Source of the DNA: Anolis carolinensis
Lineage: Eukaryota
Reading direction: 5' to 3'
Length of the DNA stretch: 64,000 bases
NCBI RefSeq assembly: GCF_035594765.1
Contig: NW_026943821.1
Coordinates: 17,825,608-17,889,607, forward strand
Below are positions 52,144 through 63,997 of the stretch, piece after piece. How positions within the stretch are numbered: the stretch's first letter is position 1; each line of letters begins with the position of its first letter. The notes below the pieces were generated by a model that was not told the origin of the DNA, did not search any database, and saw only the letters and a list, made by a program, of their open reading frames with translations. The position numbers and the translations under genes were made by a program.

Positions 52144-52269
52144 GAATGTGAGGTGGCTTAGTCCCAAGTAGTCCAAACTCCAAGTGTCAGCCCCACTTCT
52201 AGTAAAGTACATTTTAATGGGGATGTGGGTAGTGGCTTTCTCCTGCCTGCCATCTATAATCACAGATTT

Positions 52270-52694
52270 AGAGGGTCTGGAGAACAAGCCCTATGAGGAG
52301 CGGCTTAAAGAACTGTGCATATTTAGCCTGCAGAAGAGAAGGCTGAGAGGAGACATGATAGCCATGTAAAAGTACGTGAAGTCATAGGGAGGAGGGAGCA
52401 AGCTTGTTTTCTGCTGCCCTGCAGACTAGGACATGGAACAATAGCTTCAAACTACAGGAAAGGAAGGAGATTCCACCTGAACATCAGGAAGAACTTCCTC
52501 ACTGTGAGGGCTGTTCGGCAGTGGAACTCTCTCCCCTGGACTGTGGTGGAGGCTCCTTCTTTGGAGGCTTTTAAGCAGAGGCTGGATGGCCATCTGTCGG
52601 GGGTGCTTTGAATGCGATTTCCTGCTTCTTGGCAGGGGGTTGGGCGGGATGGCCCATGAGGTCTCTTCCAACTCTACTATTCTATGATTCTATG
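52270..52694 (+). mobile_element. CR1 LINE 3' end
   Basis: [27 protein letters not shown], (attctatg) tail. Confidence 0.9.
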
Positions 52695-52710
52695 AGAAGA
52701 TATCATAGAG

Positions 52711-52903
52711 CAGGCATGGCAAATTTCAGCCATCCAGGTGTTTTGGATTTCAACTCCCACCATTCCTAACAGTCTCAGGCCCTTTCCCTTTGCCCCTCAG
52801 CCGCTTAAGCGGCTGAGGGGCAAAAGGAAAGGGCCTGAGACTGTTAGGAATGGTGGGAGTTGAAGTCCAAAACAACTGGAGGGCCGAAGTTTGCCCATGC
52901 CTG
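52711..52903. mobile_element. Palindromic hAT MITE (relatives at about 12611, 14806-14928, 55490-55555 and 61877-62078)
   Basis: CAGGCATGG...CCATGCCTG, fully fold-back, approximate 8-bp TSD. Confidence 0.8.
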
Positions 52904-54285
52904 CCATAGGGCCATCTAGGCTGATCCCTTGCTTTGTGATGATATAATAATGACTCGAGGTGGGTTACAACATAGCTAAAAACACAAAATCATCTAAAAC
53001 ATTATATGAAATACACATATTCTATTAAATATATATCAAAATACACAGACTAAAGATTAAAACACAAGACGGAAGTGGAGGATCTTGCCAAACCTTATCA
53101 ATGCTACACTCACAGCATTTCCTTCATCTACCAAGCTTTAACTCTTATTCCTTAATCTACTAAGCTTTATAAAAAAGGCATGACTTGTTTTTGAGGAAGG
53201 CATAACTTGTTTTTGAGAAACCTATGTTGACTTTTTATGACTATAGCATTGCTTTCTAAGTGCTTACAGACTGACTGTTAAATTATCTGCTCTGGAATCT
53301 TTCCTGGTTTTAATGTCAGGGTGACTGGGCGGGAATTGGTTGGGTCCTCTTTTCCCCATTTGCCGTCTTCTAATCTGGTTTTTAACATTTAATAACTCCT
53401 CTTGTTCTCTAGGAATTCTCATGGATGATTAAGATTGGTTCTGAAATTACTTGTCAGTTCTTTTTCTAAGCTTTGCAGGAAGAGGTGGTGATGGCAGCAC
53501 CAGGATATGAAGTTGGCAATTGTTCATCATAGCACCAAACAATTAATGCTTTGATGGAGAGTGAGCTAGGATGTGGTGGGAACTTCAAAATGGCAGTTTC
53601 ATTGCCACATACCACTGCTTCTTGATAAAAGCAGAAAGGCAGAAGTGTTTCTAGACCAGGATATATTGCCTGTCTACAGATGGCAGGTGCTTCTGCTCCG
53701 TTTCCCCCCATTAGTGCCAACAGAGCCTCTCTTTATTCAACCCTCTTGGGTTCTGGATTCATTTTAGTGCACTATGTGGGGTTGTTACCGTAGATCTGGT
53801 TGGCTTTGGCAGGATCTGAGCTCTTCAGAAATGCCAGGCTGTCTCCTTGAGTGTTTCTAAGATTTCCTAGAAAAGGAAAAGGAAGGGAGAGAGAATAAAT
53901 GTCTAGGTTTATTATAATAAGAATAGAAGGTACCTGCAGATAACTTTCTACCCAATTGTTTCTTCAGAAGTGAAGTGGTATGATTAAGAACCTTTAAACG
54001 TATTAGCCAACCTATATTTATGTTCTGACTGTTCCAAAGTAACCCCTTTGTTTTCTTAAGGGTTCTCTTGACCTTTCTGAGTAAGGGGTTGGCACTCTGC
54101 ATGGAAACAGATCTTGTCTCCTCTTGCCTTTTTTGACTTGGGAAAAGGGAAATGAGAATACACAAAGCATTGTGGCTCACATCCTGTTTAATATTTAGCA
54201 TTCAAAATACCCTTTTCCCACTACCTGGAAATAAACAGAGAAGTGTAACTTGTTTAAGAATGGGTGTCAAAGATTCTTCAGCTAA

Positions 54286-55230
54286 TGTCAGGACCCAGGC
54301 TGCAGAGCACCAATAACCATACACAGAGGCCAGAATCTATCTAATATCTTTATTGAAGGAATATATAAAGTTAATAAAAACAAGTGTAGAAAATAGTCCA
54401 GAAGTAGACCTTTCAGGAAAGGGCAAAATTAGTCCAAAGAAGCAATGTCCAATATGAAATATTAAGGTCCAAAGTTGTAATCCAATAACCGAAACACTCA
54501 CTTTGCCAAGCAAAGTGAGGGGAGATGACAAGGTCCTTTAGTCCATGAAACTAGAGCGAGGCTAGGAAGCAACTTGATTCTTGGAAAAACAAGGCTTGAT
54601 TCAAGGCAACAAGAAAACGAGGAACAAGAACAAGATCCGTGGTAATTACTTGGCAAGGTCCGGGAAACAAGGCAAGGCTGAGTCCTGGAAAGCAAGGCAA
54701 GATCCGTGGAGCAAACAAGGCTGAAAACGAAGGCTTGGAATCAGGAACAAAGGCTTGGAAGCGGGAGTAGCTGTCCACACACGCTACTCCGGTAGCTGAC
54801 GAATTGACTCCGCAAGATCCCTTTGTGGGTAAAACACCTAAATAGGGTCCCGTTTTCCCGCCAAAGAGCAGTTCTCTGGAGAACCAGAAACGAAAGCTAT
54901 TCTCTGAGTCCAGATGCATGACTCCTTAAAGTTTCCCATGGAAAGCAGGCTTAATCAGCTGAATGCTTAGCAGCTATCCTAGCACTCCTGCGAGACGCCT
55001 GTTCGACTCCCCTCTGTTGTTTACAAAAATCATGGCGAGAAAACGGGGGAGATTTTGGCTCAGGGCTTGTTTGACAGACTTCTGGAATACAAACCTCCTG
55101 CAGGTGCAAAGGCTCCATTTCTGGCTGAGATAGTTCCTTTTCTGGCTGAAATGGTGGAAAACCCAAGTTTTCCTCTTCATCTGTCACAACAGCACTAGGA
55201 ACAGGACTACATGGCCCATGAACCATCACA
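54286..55230 (-). mobile_element. Solo LTR (945 bp)
   Basis: TG...CA termini, 5-bp TSD GCTAA (54281-54285 and 55231-55235), minus-strand TATTTA at 54839-54844 and AATAAA at 54349-54354. Confidence 0.88.
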
Positions 55231-56508
55231 GCTAATGGCAAACTGACTGCTGAAAGATTCTCAGACTAGAGGACATACCACCCATGTAGGAGGTATCAAT
55301 TGACAGCCGTGACAATTATCCAGATGATGAATATGCAAACTAGTTATTTTGTGCTATGTCTAACCACAACTAAACTATTAGTTGAATGTTAACTCAATGC
55401 AGACAATGGTACAGCATTTTGTAGTGCACCTGAAAACAGTAGAGGGTTTAGGAGCTGCTGGGCAAGGTCAGATGGCAATGACTACCGGTAGGCTGTTAGG
55501 AATTGTGGGAGTTGAAGTCCAAAACACCTGGAGGGCCAAAGTTTGCCCAGTCCTGCACAAAACTGATTTGGGAAGGGTTCACCCAAGTAAGTGTGTATAA
55601 GGATTGCAGCTCAATAAAACAGTTTTCAGGAAAAGATTTGCATTTCATAAAATGCAAGCATTCTTTTTGTTCACTTGAAAAGAGGAAACTTGAACAAATC
55701 CAGCTGTTACCACACTGACATATTACTCAACCCATTGTGTGGTTATTAGACTGAGTAACCTTGATACTGGTTCTCTGGCATGACTCTACCCTTTCTCTGC
55801 AGATTTCTTAGTTCCTCAAATTAATAACAGTTAAGGTCTTTCACTGGTTTAGGAAGTACAGTACCAGTGAAACTGCAGAGCATGAAGGCTTGAAAAAGCA
55901 AATATGTTTTGTCCAGCAAGATGCCCCAAGGGGAGCACTGAGTGGAAAGGAGGCAGTAGAAATGGACATGGCGCCATTGTTAATGAGTCACTTCCCTGGG
56001 GAAACTCATCACAGTCTATTTCTGCAAATATTAAAATGAAAGCCATCATTCTCTTGTTTTGAAAAAAAACCCTCTAGCTTACTTTTTATCTCCTATTTCC
56101 TGTTGAAATGGTGTGCACAGAATGTAGAAAAGCATGGGCCAGACATTAGAGACTGTACACTAGTTGAGGGATTTATGGCCTTCCAGATGTTTATATTTGC
56201 TGCTCCCATCTTTCTTCCATCGTTGACTATAGATACCACTGTTTCTATGTTGAATCAAGTAATAGTCTTGCTATATTTTGTGGGAATCAAGCCTCATATA
56301 CACTGTATTCAGCCCTGGGCATCTCCTTTGGCTTCACAGGCATATTTCATCACCAGCTATCTAATTCTTTCAATTGGACATATAGGAGACAGAACTTGAA
56401 AGAAATATTCTGCATTATGCTTTCTCAAAGTGCAATGATTCCACCATATATTAATTATTTCTTTCTTCTTTTTAGAATACGGAACAAAATCCACACTAAA
56501 AAACCACG

Positions 56509-57579
56509 ATGACCACTGTAGCCACAGCCAAAAATGACAACGGTGAAAATATCTCATCTGCCGCTGTCCATACTGTGCCATGCCACGTGGATTCCGAGTT
56601 CAGATATACCCTGTTTACTGTCTACTATAGCATCATCTTCATTCTGGGCTTTATTTCTAACATATATGTACTGTGGCTTTTCACTCGTGTTTATGCTACG
56701 AAGAAACTGAATGAAATCAAAATATTCATGGTGAATTTGACAATAGCTGACCTCCTCTTCCTGGCCACGTTGCCAACGTGGATTGTATATTACCACCACA
56801 GAGGAGACTGGATCATGTTCCCCTTTTTGTGCAATGTGGCTGGTTACTTTTTCTTTGTGAACACCTACTGCTCTGTTGCCTTTCTGGGAGTCATAACGTA
56901 CAATCGCTTCCAAGCAGTCACAAGGCCCATATCAACGGCTCAGTCCAGCACACGAAGAAGGGGCATCTATGTGACTGTAGCTATCTGGCTCCTGATAGCA
57001 GGGCCATCCATATACTTCCTCTATGATGGTGGCCCTATCAAGGAGGGGAATTTCAATCGCTGTTTTGAGCGCTATGACACCCAAACTGATACTAATCCTG
57101 TTTTTGTCTTCCATGTAATCATTTGTGTTTGTTTCTTTATTACTTTTTTAATTGTCCTGGTGTGCAATGTATCTATTATCCGGGCATTACTCTCCCAACC
57201 ACTGCAAGAACGGAAGAGCAGCGTCAGGCAACGCGCTCTCTGGCTGGTGTGCACTGTCATGACTGTCTTCATTCTCTGCTTTGTGCCTCATCACATTGTG
57301 GACTTACCATGGACTCTGATGGTTCTGGGCAAATGGGAGATAAACTGCCAGAACAAAAAGTTGCTGAATGATCTCCACCAAGTAACCCTCTTCCTCCTGG
57401 GTGCCAACTGTGTTCTGGATCCTATCATCTACTGCTTTCTCACTAAAAAATTTAGGAAGCACCTTTCGGAGAATTTGAAAAGCATAAAGGACAGCCGCAA
57501 GTGTTCCAGGCAAACGACTGAGACAGGAGTAGATGGGATGATGCCTTTGCAAGAATGCCCTCACATCATTAAGTCTTAA
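56509..57579 (+). CDS. PTAFR: Platelet-activating factor receptor (class A GPCR, 356 aa, single coding exon; acceptor at 56475/56476)
   Basis: [30 protein letters not shown] (NRF), [26 protein letters not shown] are PAFR-diagnostic; syntenic with DNAJC8. Confidence 0.97.
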   Translation: MTTVATAKNDNGENISSAAVHTVPCHVDSEFRYTLFTVYYSIIFILGFISNIYVLWLFTRVYATKKLNEIKIFMVNLTIADLLFLATLPTWIVYYHHRGDWIMFPFLCNVAGYFFFVNTYCSVAFLGVITYNRFQAVTRPISTAQSSTRRRGIYVTVAIWLLIAGPSIYFLYDGGPIKEGNFNRCFERYDTQTDTNPVFVFHVIICVCFFITFLIVLVCNVSIIRALLSQPLQERKSSVRQRALWLVCTVMTVFILCFVPHHIVDLPWTLMVLGKWEINCQNKKLLNDLHQVTLFLLGANCVLDPIIYCFLTKKFRKHLSENLKSIKDSRKCSRQTTETGVDGMMPLQECPHIIKS

Positions 57580-58239
57580 GCTGTAGAGGCCTACGGTTTT
57601 CTATTGTGCTTACATAAACTCCAAGATCAGGCTGGTGGCAGACAAAAACTTTCCACATCTCAACATGTTTGGCAGATTAATTTACGTTTCTAGCATGTCT
57701 CTGCTGCAACTTCAGGAACAGAATAATTAAGACTGATTAAGTCTCGCATTTCCAAAAGAGGATGGAATGATCCATGCAAATATACCTTGCTATTGTTGTC
57801 AAAGGAAAAGACTAGAACTCTTTCATGGTATCTTTCTTAAAAGTTCATTGTCCTGTAGTTAATTCACAATTCTTTACTGGAAAGGGTAATGGACAGCGGC
57901 ACTGTAGAGTCACTGCCAGTCATAGAATCATAGAGTTGGAAGGGACCTTGTGGGCCATCCAGTCCAACCCCCTGCCAAGAAGCAAGGAAATTGTATTCAA
58001 AGCATTTCGGACAGAAAACAGTGCTATCTGATAGAATGAGACTGTGTATCTAATATTTGGGTATCACTGGTTTTGTGAGGAAGTAAGGATGGAGACAAAC
58101 TGCTGCACACAAAAGGCTTAACTATATCTATCATTCCCCTTTCTGGATGGCAAACTTGAGTCACAGGGGTTGAGGTGAGAAAGCCACTACGGGATGTCTC
58201 TGCTTTCATTCAACAGAAAATAGCTGTGTTATGATAGTT

Positions 58240-58307
58240 CCACACTATGGTGGAAAATAATAAAATCTATATACCACACTATGGTGGAAAATAATAAAAT
58301 CTATATA
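58240..58307 (+). repeat. Perfect 34-bp tandem duplication containing AATAAA
   Basis: ccacactatggtggaaaataataaaatctatata x2. Confidence 0.95.
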
Positions 58308-58845
58308 CCTATAGCCTGCTTATTCTTTTTATGAAACAAAGTATCAGCTCTAGGACCATTAAAACTAAACTTAGCTAACTAAAACTGTCTGCAATGGGAA
58401 TGTCTGTAAATGTTTTGGTGGAAGGAACACAGGTGGGAATCTTTGTAGGAACACATCCAAGATGGAGATGGGATAAATACAGATTTTGGGCAATATATGG
58501 CTTACCTCCAGAATTCCAAGACCACTCTTTTTATGGTCCGAAACAAAAAAAGGGTCTTGCCTCTCTGTGAAGCCTCTAGGAACAGCAGAGTGACTCTTGG
58601 AGGATTCCGGGATACATAACTGCCCACCCCTGTCCTTCGGGATGTCCTTTTGGCCTGTAAGCCATAATCTATGACTCGTTTTGTCACTTTTTCTATGTAA
58701 CAGCTTTGAAATATCTAAAGTTCTTACAACAAACTAGTTTTAGTTAATCTCACAACAAGGACTCACGCTAGTAATCTAAGACTGCCTGATGAAGGAGGAA
58801 TGTGATTCACCACTGTAGAAAGAAAAGGGACAATTGGGGGGGGGG

Positions 58846-59056
58846 TTGTATGTTTTTCGGGCTGTATAGTCATGTTCCAGAAGTAATTTCTCCTGAAATT
58901 TCACCCACATCTATGGCAGGCATCCTCAAAGGTTGTGAGGTATACTTGCCATAGATGTGGATGAAACGTCAGGAGAGAATACTTCTGGAACATGGCCATA
59001 CAGCCCGGAAAACAAACAACAACCCTGTGATCCCGGCCATGAAAGCCTTCGACATC
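58846..59056. mobile_element. Palindromic Penelope pseudo-LTR fragment
   Basis: Inverted arms similar to 51913-52143 but more diverged. Confidence 0.8.
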
Positions 59057-60467
59057 AAATGGGGGGGGGGGGGGCTTTTTTCACTGATTGAAAGTCATAC
59101 CTCAACACTCTTACTAGCATCTCAAAGGTTGCTGTTGAAATAGCACCCCTTGGCTGTATCATACCCACTATTTGCTATATTTATTTACTTATTTTAACAG
59201 CAAACATAGGGGCTAGCAACTCCTAATACCATTCAGGAATGTACTATGTGAAACTATTACAGGAATTATGTGTTAGCATTCTCATGCATGTATTGCCTCC
59301 ATGAACTGAGAGATAAATGGACCCACCACTCCTTGTAGATATATAACAGATCCTAAGGATGAAGTAGAATCTGAAAAATAATAGCCATACACACATACCT
59401 CCCAATGCAACCTTTCTCTGTCTTTTCTTCCTGGAGGAACCCTTGAAAACACGTCTTAAGAGTTCACCAATTTCACAATTCACAAGAGTTCACAATTTTT
59501 TTTTATCTATAGCTCAGAATTCTTTCCCTATCACAGTATCTCATGGAATGTACCCCTCATGATAGCCTTGCTACTTGAGAAACCCTGACCTAAAGGAAAA
59601 TTAATAGGGATAGAAGACAAAAATAGGAACAAGCTGGTGATCAGACAAATAATTCAGTCTTCTGACTGTGGTGTTAACCAATCTCTTAATCTATCTCTAA
59701 ATATTCTTTTGAGTTTTGTATAAACGTGTTTTTAACTCCACATTTTACTCTTTGAATGTTTTTAAGAAAGATACAAGAGATAAGATTCCAGTAAATCATT
59801 TTAAACTGCTCTTGCTCAAACTGTCCACAAGAAAATGACAATGCATGACAATCAAAGAACCAGAAGAGGGCAGTGGAGAAAAACAATATTGCAGGAAACC
59901 GAGGGCACAGAGAAAGCAAAAGATGTTCGACTGCCCAGGCAACAGGGCTTAATATAGTAGGTGCAAGGCATGGCATTTCCAGTGCAACAGTGTTCAAGAA
60001 AGCTGTGGTTTTTACTTTGGCCATAGGCAGCTTCATATAACCCTTTGTTATTTAAGTTGGAAAATCATTGCATGAGGCTATCTCTAAGGTTCCTGTGGTC
60101 TATATGTCAGAGACAATCCCTACTTCAAACACTGGGGGGAAAAGATTGTGTAGTCGTCCATTAGATTTCCAAACTACAACTGAAAAGAGGTTTTATTTTT
60201 GCTCTTATTGATTAGCACTGAATGGCCTTGCAGCTTCAAAGCCTGGCTGCTTCATACCTGGGGGGAAACTTTTGTTGGGAAGTGTTAGCTGGCCCTGATT
60301 GTTTCCTGCCTGAAATTCCCCTGCCTTCTGAGTGTTGTTGTTTTTTTATTTACTGTCCTGAGAGACTCAACGGTTTAAGGCCAGCTAACACCTCCCAACA
60401 AAGGATTCCCCCAGGCAGGAAGCAGCTAGGCTTTGAAGCTGCAAGGCCATTCAATGCTATTCTAGTG

Positions 60468-60507
<40 letters not shown>

Positions 60508-60669
60508 CAATAATATATAATAATTATAACATATTGTATATACATATAATACTCATAATATTAAATTGTAATACGATATAATATTAATAATAGAATATAA
60601 TATTAATTATATATTATATTTTACATGTAATATTACTAATAATATTACAATATATTGATATAGTACAAT

Positions 60670-60956
60670 CAGGGCCATAGCCAGAAAAAAAATTCGGGAG
60701 GGGTTTTGAAAATTTGGGGGGGGGGGGTTTGAACCCCTGACCCACCCGCTCCCCGGGTTCAGACCTGTCAATATCTTCTTGAGATAGTGCCTGGAGGGAC
60801 TCTTAATGTTTTACGTCTCATAGATTTAGCATGGGGATTTGGTTAACCAGTTAAAATTCGTGAGTAAACCAGGTTTTTTTATAACCTGAAAAATTTCGAG
60901 GGGGGGGGGGGGGTTGAACCCTTAACCCCCCCCCCCCCCCGCGCGCTACAGGCCTG
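60670..60956. mobile_element. hAT MITE (287 bp)
   Basis: 8-bp TSD AGTACAAT (60662-60669 and 60957-60964), imperfect TIR CAGG(G)CC...TAGC, poly-G/poly-C subterminal motifs. Confidence 0.85.
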
Positions 60957-61093
60957 AGTACAATATAGTAATTTATTGCAAGTATTGTACTATGCTAATA
61001 ATATAATATTGTATGTAAATTTAATTTGTAAGCCGCTCTGAGTCCCCTTTGGGGTGAGAAGGGCGGCATATAACTGCAGCAAGTAAATAAATA

Positions 61094-61318
61094 TTCATTC
61101 ACACTTGCCTCAAACAGACAGGAGTTCTTACTCCCAACCGGGATATTCCTCAGATATAGAAATCCCACTTGCTTAGTTTCCAACAGACCTCACAACCTCT
61201 GAGGATGCCTGCCAAAGATGTGGGCGAAATGTCAGGAGAGAATGCTTCTGGGACATGGCCATACAGCCCGGAAAACTCACAGCAAACCAGTGATTCCGGC
61301 CATGAAAGCCTTCGACAA
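61094..61318 (+). mobile_element. Penelope pseudo-LTR fragment
   Basis: Similarity to 10.7-10.9 kb. Confidence 0.8.
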
Positions 61319-61369
61319 GACATTAAACCAGCACGGCTTGGTTTGTAATTTAACTTCCTAGAAATACAT

Positions 61370-61860
61370 TGCCTCACGCCGCAGAGCTGGCCAATCCGGG
61401 CCGAGCTCGTCCTCGACGTCATTTCCAGGCGCGAACTTCCGCTACCGGGTGTGAAGCCCGGTCGAGGTTTCCCGAAAGAGGATCCGTTCTTCTTCCTTTC
61501 CTTCCTTCCTTCTTCCCTCCTTCCTTCCTTTCCTTTTCCTTCCGCTTTGCTTTGTTGTTCTTGCCTCCTGGGAAGCCCGGCCCCAACTTCGTCGCTGCGA
61601 TGCGGCCCGACGTCGAGGCTGGCGCCGTAAACGTCTCCTCACGGTGAGCGAAAGAAGGCGCGCGGCTTCTTCCCGCTCCCTTTTCCTCTCGCGCGATCGG
61701 CTCGCGGCCGGGGGGCGTGGCCTCACCGGCGGGGGGGCGTGGCCTCCTTCCCTGAGGGACGGGGAGGCGAGGAGGGAGAGTGGGAATGGCGGAGAGAGGA
61801 CGACGGCTGGCCTTTGTGTTGCCACAGCCTGAGGAAGTGGAAGGCGCGAGCATTTGTGGG
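61370..61860 (+). promoter_or_regulatory. CpG island with a probable non-coding first exon ending at 61643 (probably EYA3 by synteny)
   Basis: CCAAT at 61391, GACGTCA, ACTTCCG, pyrimidine tract, donor CG|gtgagc; identity inferred only from the mammalian order EYA3-PTAFR-DNAJC8-ATP5IF1. Confidence 0.65.
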
Positions 61861-62147
61861 CCGAAAGAGTTTACCTCAGGCATGGGCCAACTTGGACCTT
61901 CCCTTCAGGTGTTTTGGACTTCAACTCCCACCATTCCTCACAGCCTCAGGCCCGTTTCTTTTCCCCCTCAGCCGCTTAAGCGGCTGAGGGGGAAAAGAAA
62001 GGGGCCTGAGGCTGTGAGGAATGGTGGGAGTTGAAGTCCAAAACACCTGGAAAGAAAGGCCCAAGTTAGCCATACCTGAGGTAAAACTCCATGCCTATAT
62101 TTTGGGAAAAGTGCAATACAGTGTTGAGAATGAAGAACAATTTAAAC

Positions 62148-62233
62148 CAGGGGTCCCCAAACTTTTAAAACTGGGGGCCAGTTCACGATCCCTCAGACCA
62201 TTGGAGAGCCGGAGTATAGTTGGCCACCAAGCA

Positions 62234-62292
<59 letters not shown>

Positions 62293-62700
62293 AACTGGGT
62301 GCCGTGCCAAAAGATCTCAGCCGGCATTTGGAAACAATAGACATTGACAAAATTACGATCTGCCAACTGCAAAAGGCCACCCTACTGGGATCTGCGTGCA
62401 TCATCCGAAAATACATCACACAGTCCTAGACACTTGGGAAGTGTTCAACTTGTGATACGAAATCCAGCATATCTATCTTGTTTGCTGTGTCATAATAAAA
62501 TAATAATAATAATATATTATTATTATTATTATTATTATAAGTGTTCGACTTGTGATTTTGTGATATGAAATCCAGCATGTCTATCTTGTTTGCTGTGTCA
62601 AACAATAAAATAATAATAATATTCAGCCCAACCCCCTTCTGCTTTTGTGCACCAATAGCACAAGTAAAGCACCCCTGACAGATAGCCACCCAGACTCAAT

Positions 62701-62749
<49 letters not shown>

Positions 62750-62869
62750 GTCAGAAGAGACCCCTTCGACCATTTAGCCCAACCCCCTTCTGCCTTTGTG
62801 CTGTGGGGGCCGGATAAATGGCATTGATGGGCCGCATGTGGCCCGCGGGCCGTAGTTTGGGGACCCCTG
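62148..62869. mobile_element. Composite non-autonomous hAT element
   Basis: TIR CAGGGGTCCCCAAACT, 8-bp TSD ATTTAAAC; contains R4/Dong and CR1-tail pieces. Confidence 0.88.
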
Positions 62870-62935
62870 ATTTAAACCAATTTAAACTTGCAATATTTCA
62901 ACGGGAAGTGTGGGCCTGCTTTTGGCCGATTAGAT

Positions 62936-63129
62936 CAGGGGTCCCCAAACTAAGGCCCGGGGGCTGGATGCGGCCCATCGAAGCTATTTATCTGGCCCCC
63001 ACGGCACAAGGGCAGAAGGGGGTTGGACTAAATGACCCAAGGGGTCTCTTCTCTTACAACCATTATTATTATTATATTGTATGACACAGCAAACAAGATA
63101 GATATGCTGGCTTTCGTATCACAAAATCA

Positions 63130-63163
<34 letters not shown>

Positions 63164-63997
63164 ATTGAGGCTGGGTGGCCATCTGTCAGGGGTGCTTTGC
63201 TAGTGCTTTTGGTGCACAAAGGCAAAAGGGGGTTGGACTTAATGGCCCAAGGGGTCTCTTCCAACCCTCATTATTATTACAGTATTATTATTATTACAGT
63301 AGAGTCTCACTTATCCAAGCTAAACGGGCTGGCAGAAGCTTGGATAAGCGAATATCTTGGCTAATAAGGAGGGATTAAGGAAAAGCCTATTAAACATCAA
63401 ATTAGGTTATGATTTTACAAATTAAGCACCAAAACTTCATGTTATACAACAAATTTGACAGAAAAAGTAGTTCAATACGCAGTAATGTTATGTTGTAATT
63501 ACTGTATTTATGAATTTAGCACCAAAATATCAAGATATATTGAAAACATTGGCTACAAAAATGGCTTGGATTATCCAGAGGCTTGGATAAGCGAGGCTTG
63601 GATTAGTGAGACTCTACTGTATTAATATTGAGGCTGGGTGGTCATCTGTCAGAGGTGGGTTGCTTGTGCTTTTGGTGCACAAAGGCAAAAGGGGGTTGGA
63701 CTTAATGGCTCAAGGGGTCTCTTCCAACCCTCTTTATTATTATTATTATTAACAATAATAATAATAAACATTGAGGCTGGGTGGCCATCTGTCAGGGATG
63801 CTTTGCTAGTGCTTTCAGTGCACAAAGGCAGAAGGGGATTGGACTCAATGGCCCAAAGGGTCTCTTCCAACACTCTTTTTTATTGTTGTTGTTATTTATT
63901 ATTATTATTATTACTTGGTGGCCAACTATAGTCCGGCCCTCCAGTGGTCTGAAAGATCGTGAACCGGCCCCCTGTTTAAAAAGTTTGGGGACCCCTG
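62936..63997. mobile_element. Composite non-autonomous hAT element, inverted sister of 62148-62869
   Basis: Same TIRs; left flank GATTAGAT, right flank begins GAT at the window end; contains tandem CR1-tail units and a mariner MITE. Confidence 0.85.

Noticed and set aside
51876-52161. Identical peptides predicted on both strands
   Set aside because: Consequence of the Penelope palindrome, not coding.
56554-57564. Antisense and alternate-frame ORFs over PTAFR
   Set aside because: Shadow ORFs of the real coding exon.
61369-61883. ORFs in the 61.4 kb CpG island, and a firm EYA3 gene call
   Set aside because: No EYA3 coding sequence is visible; identity rests on synteny alone, so no gene symbol was assigned.
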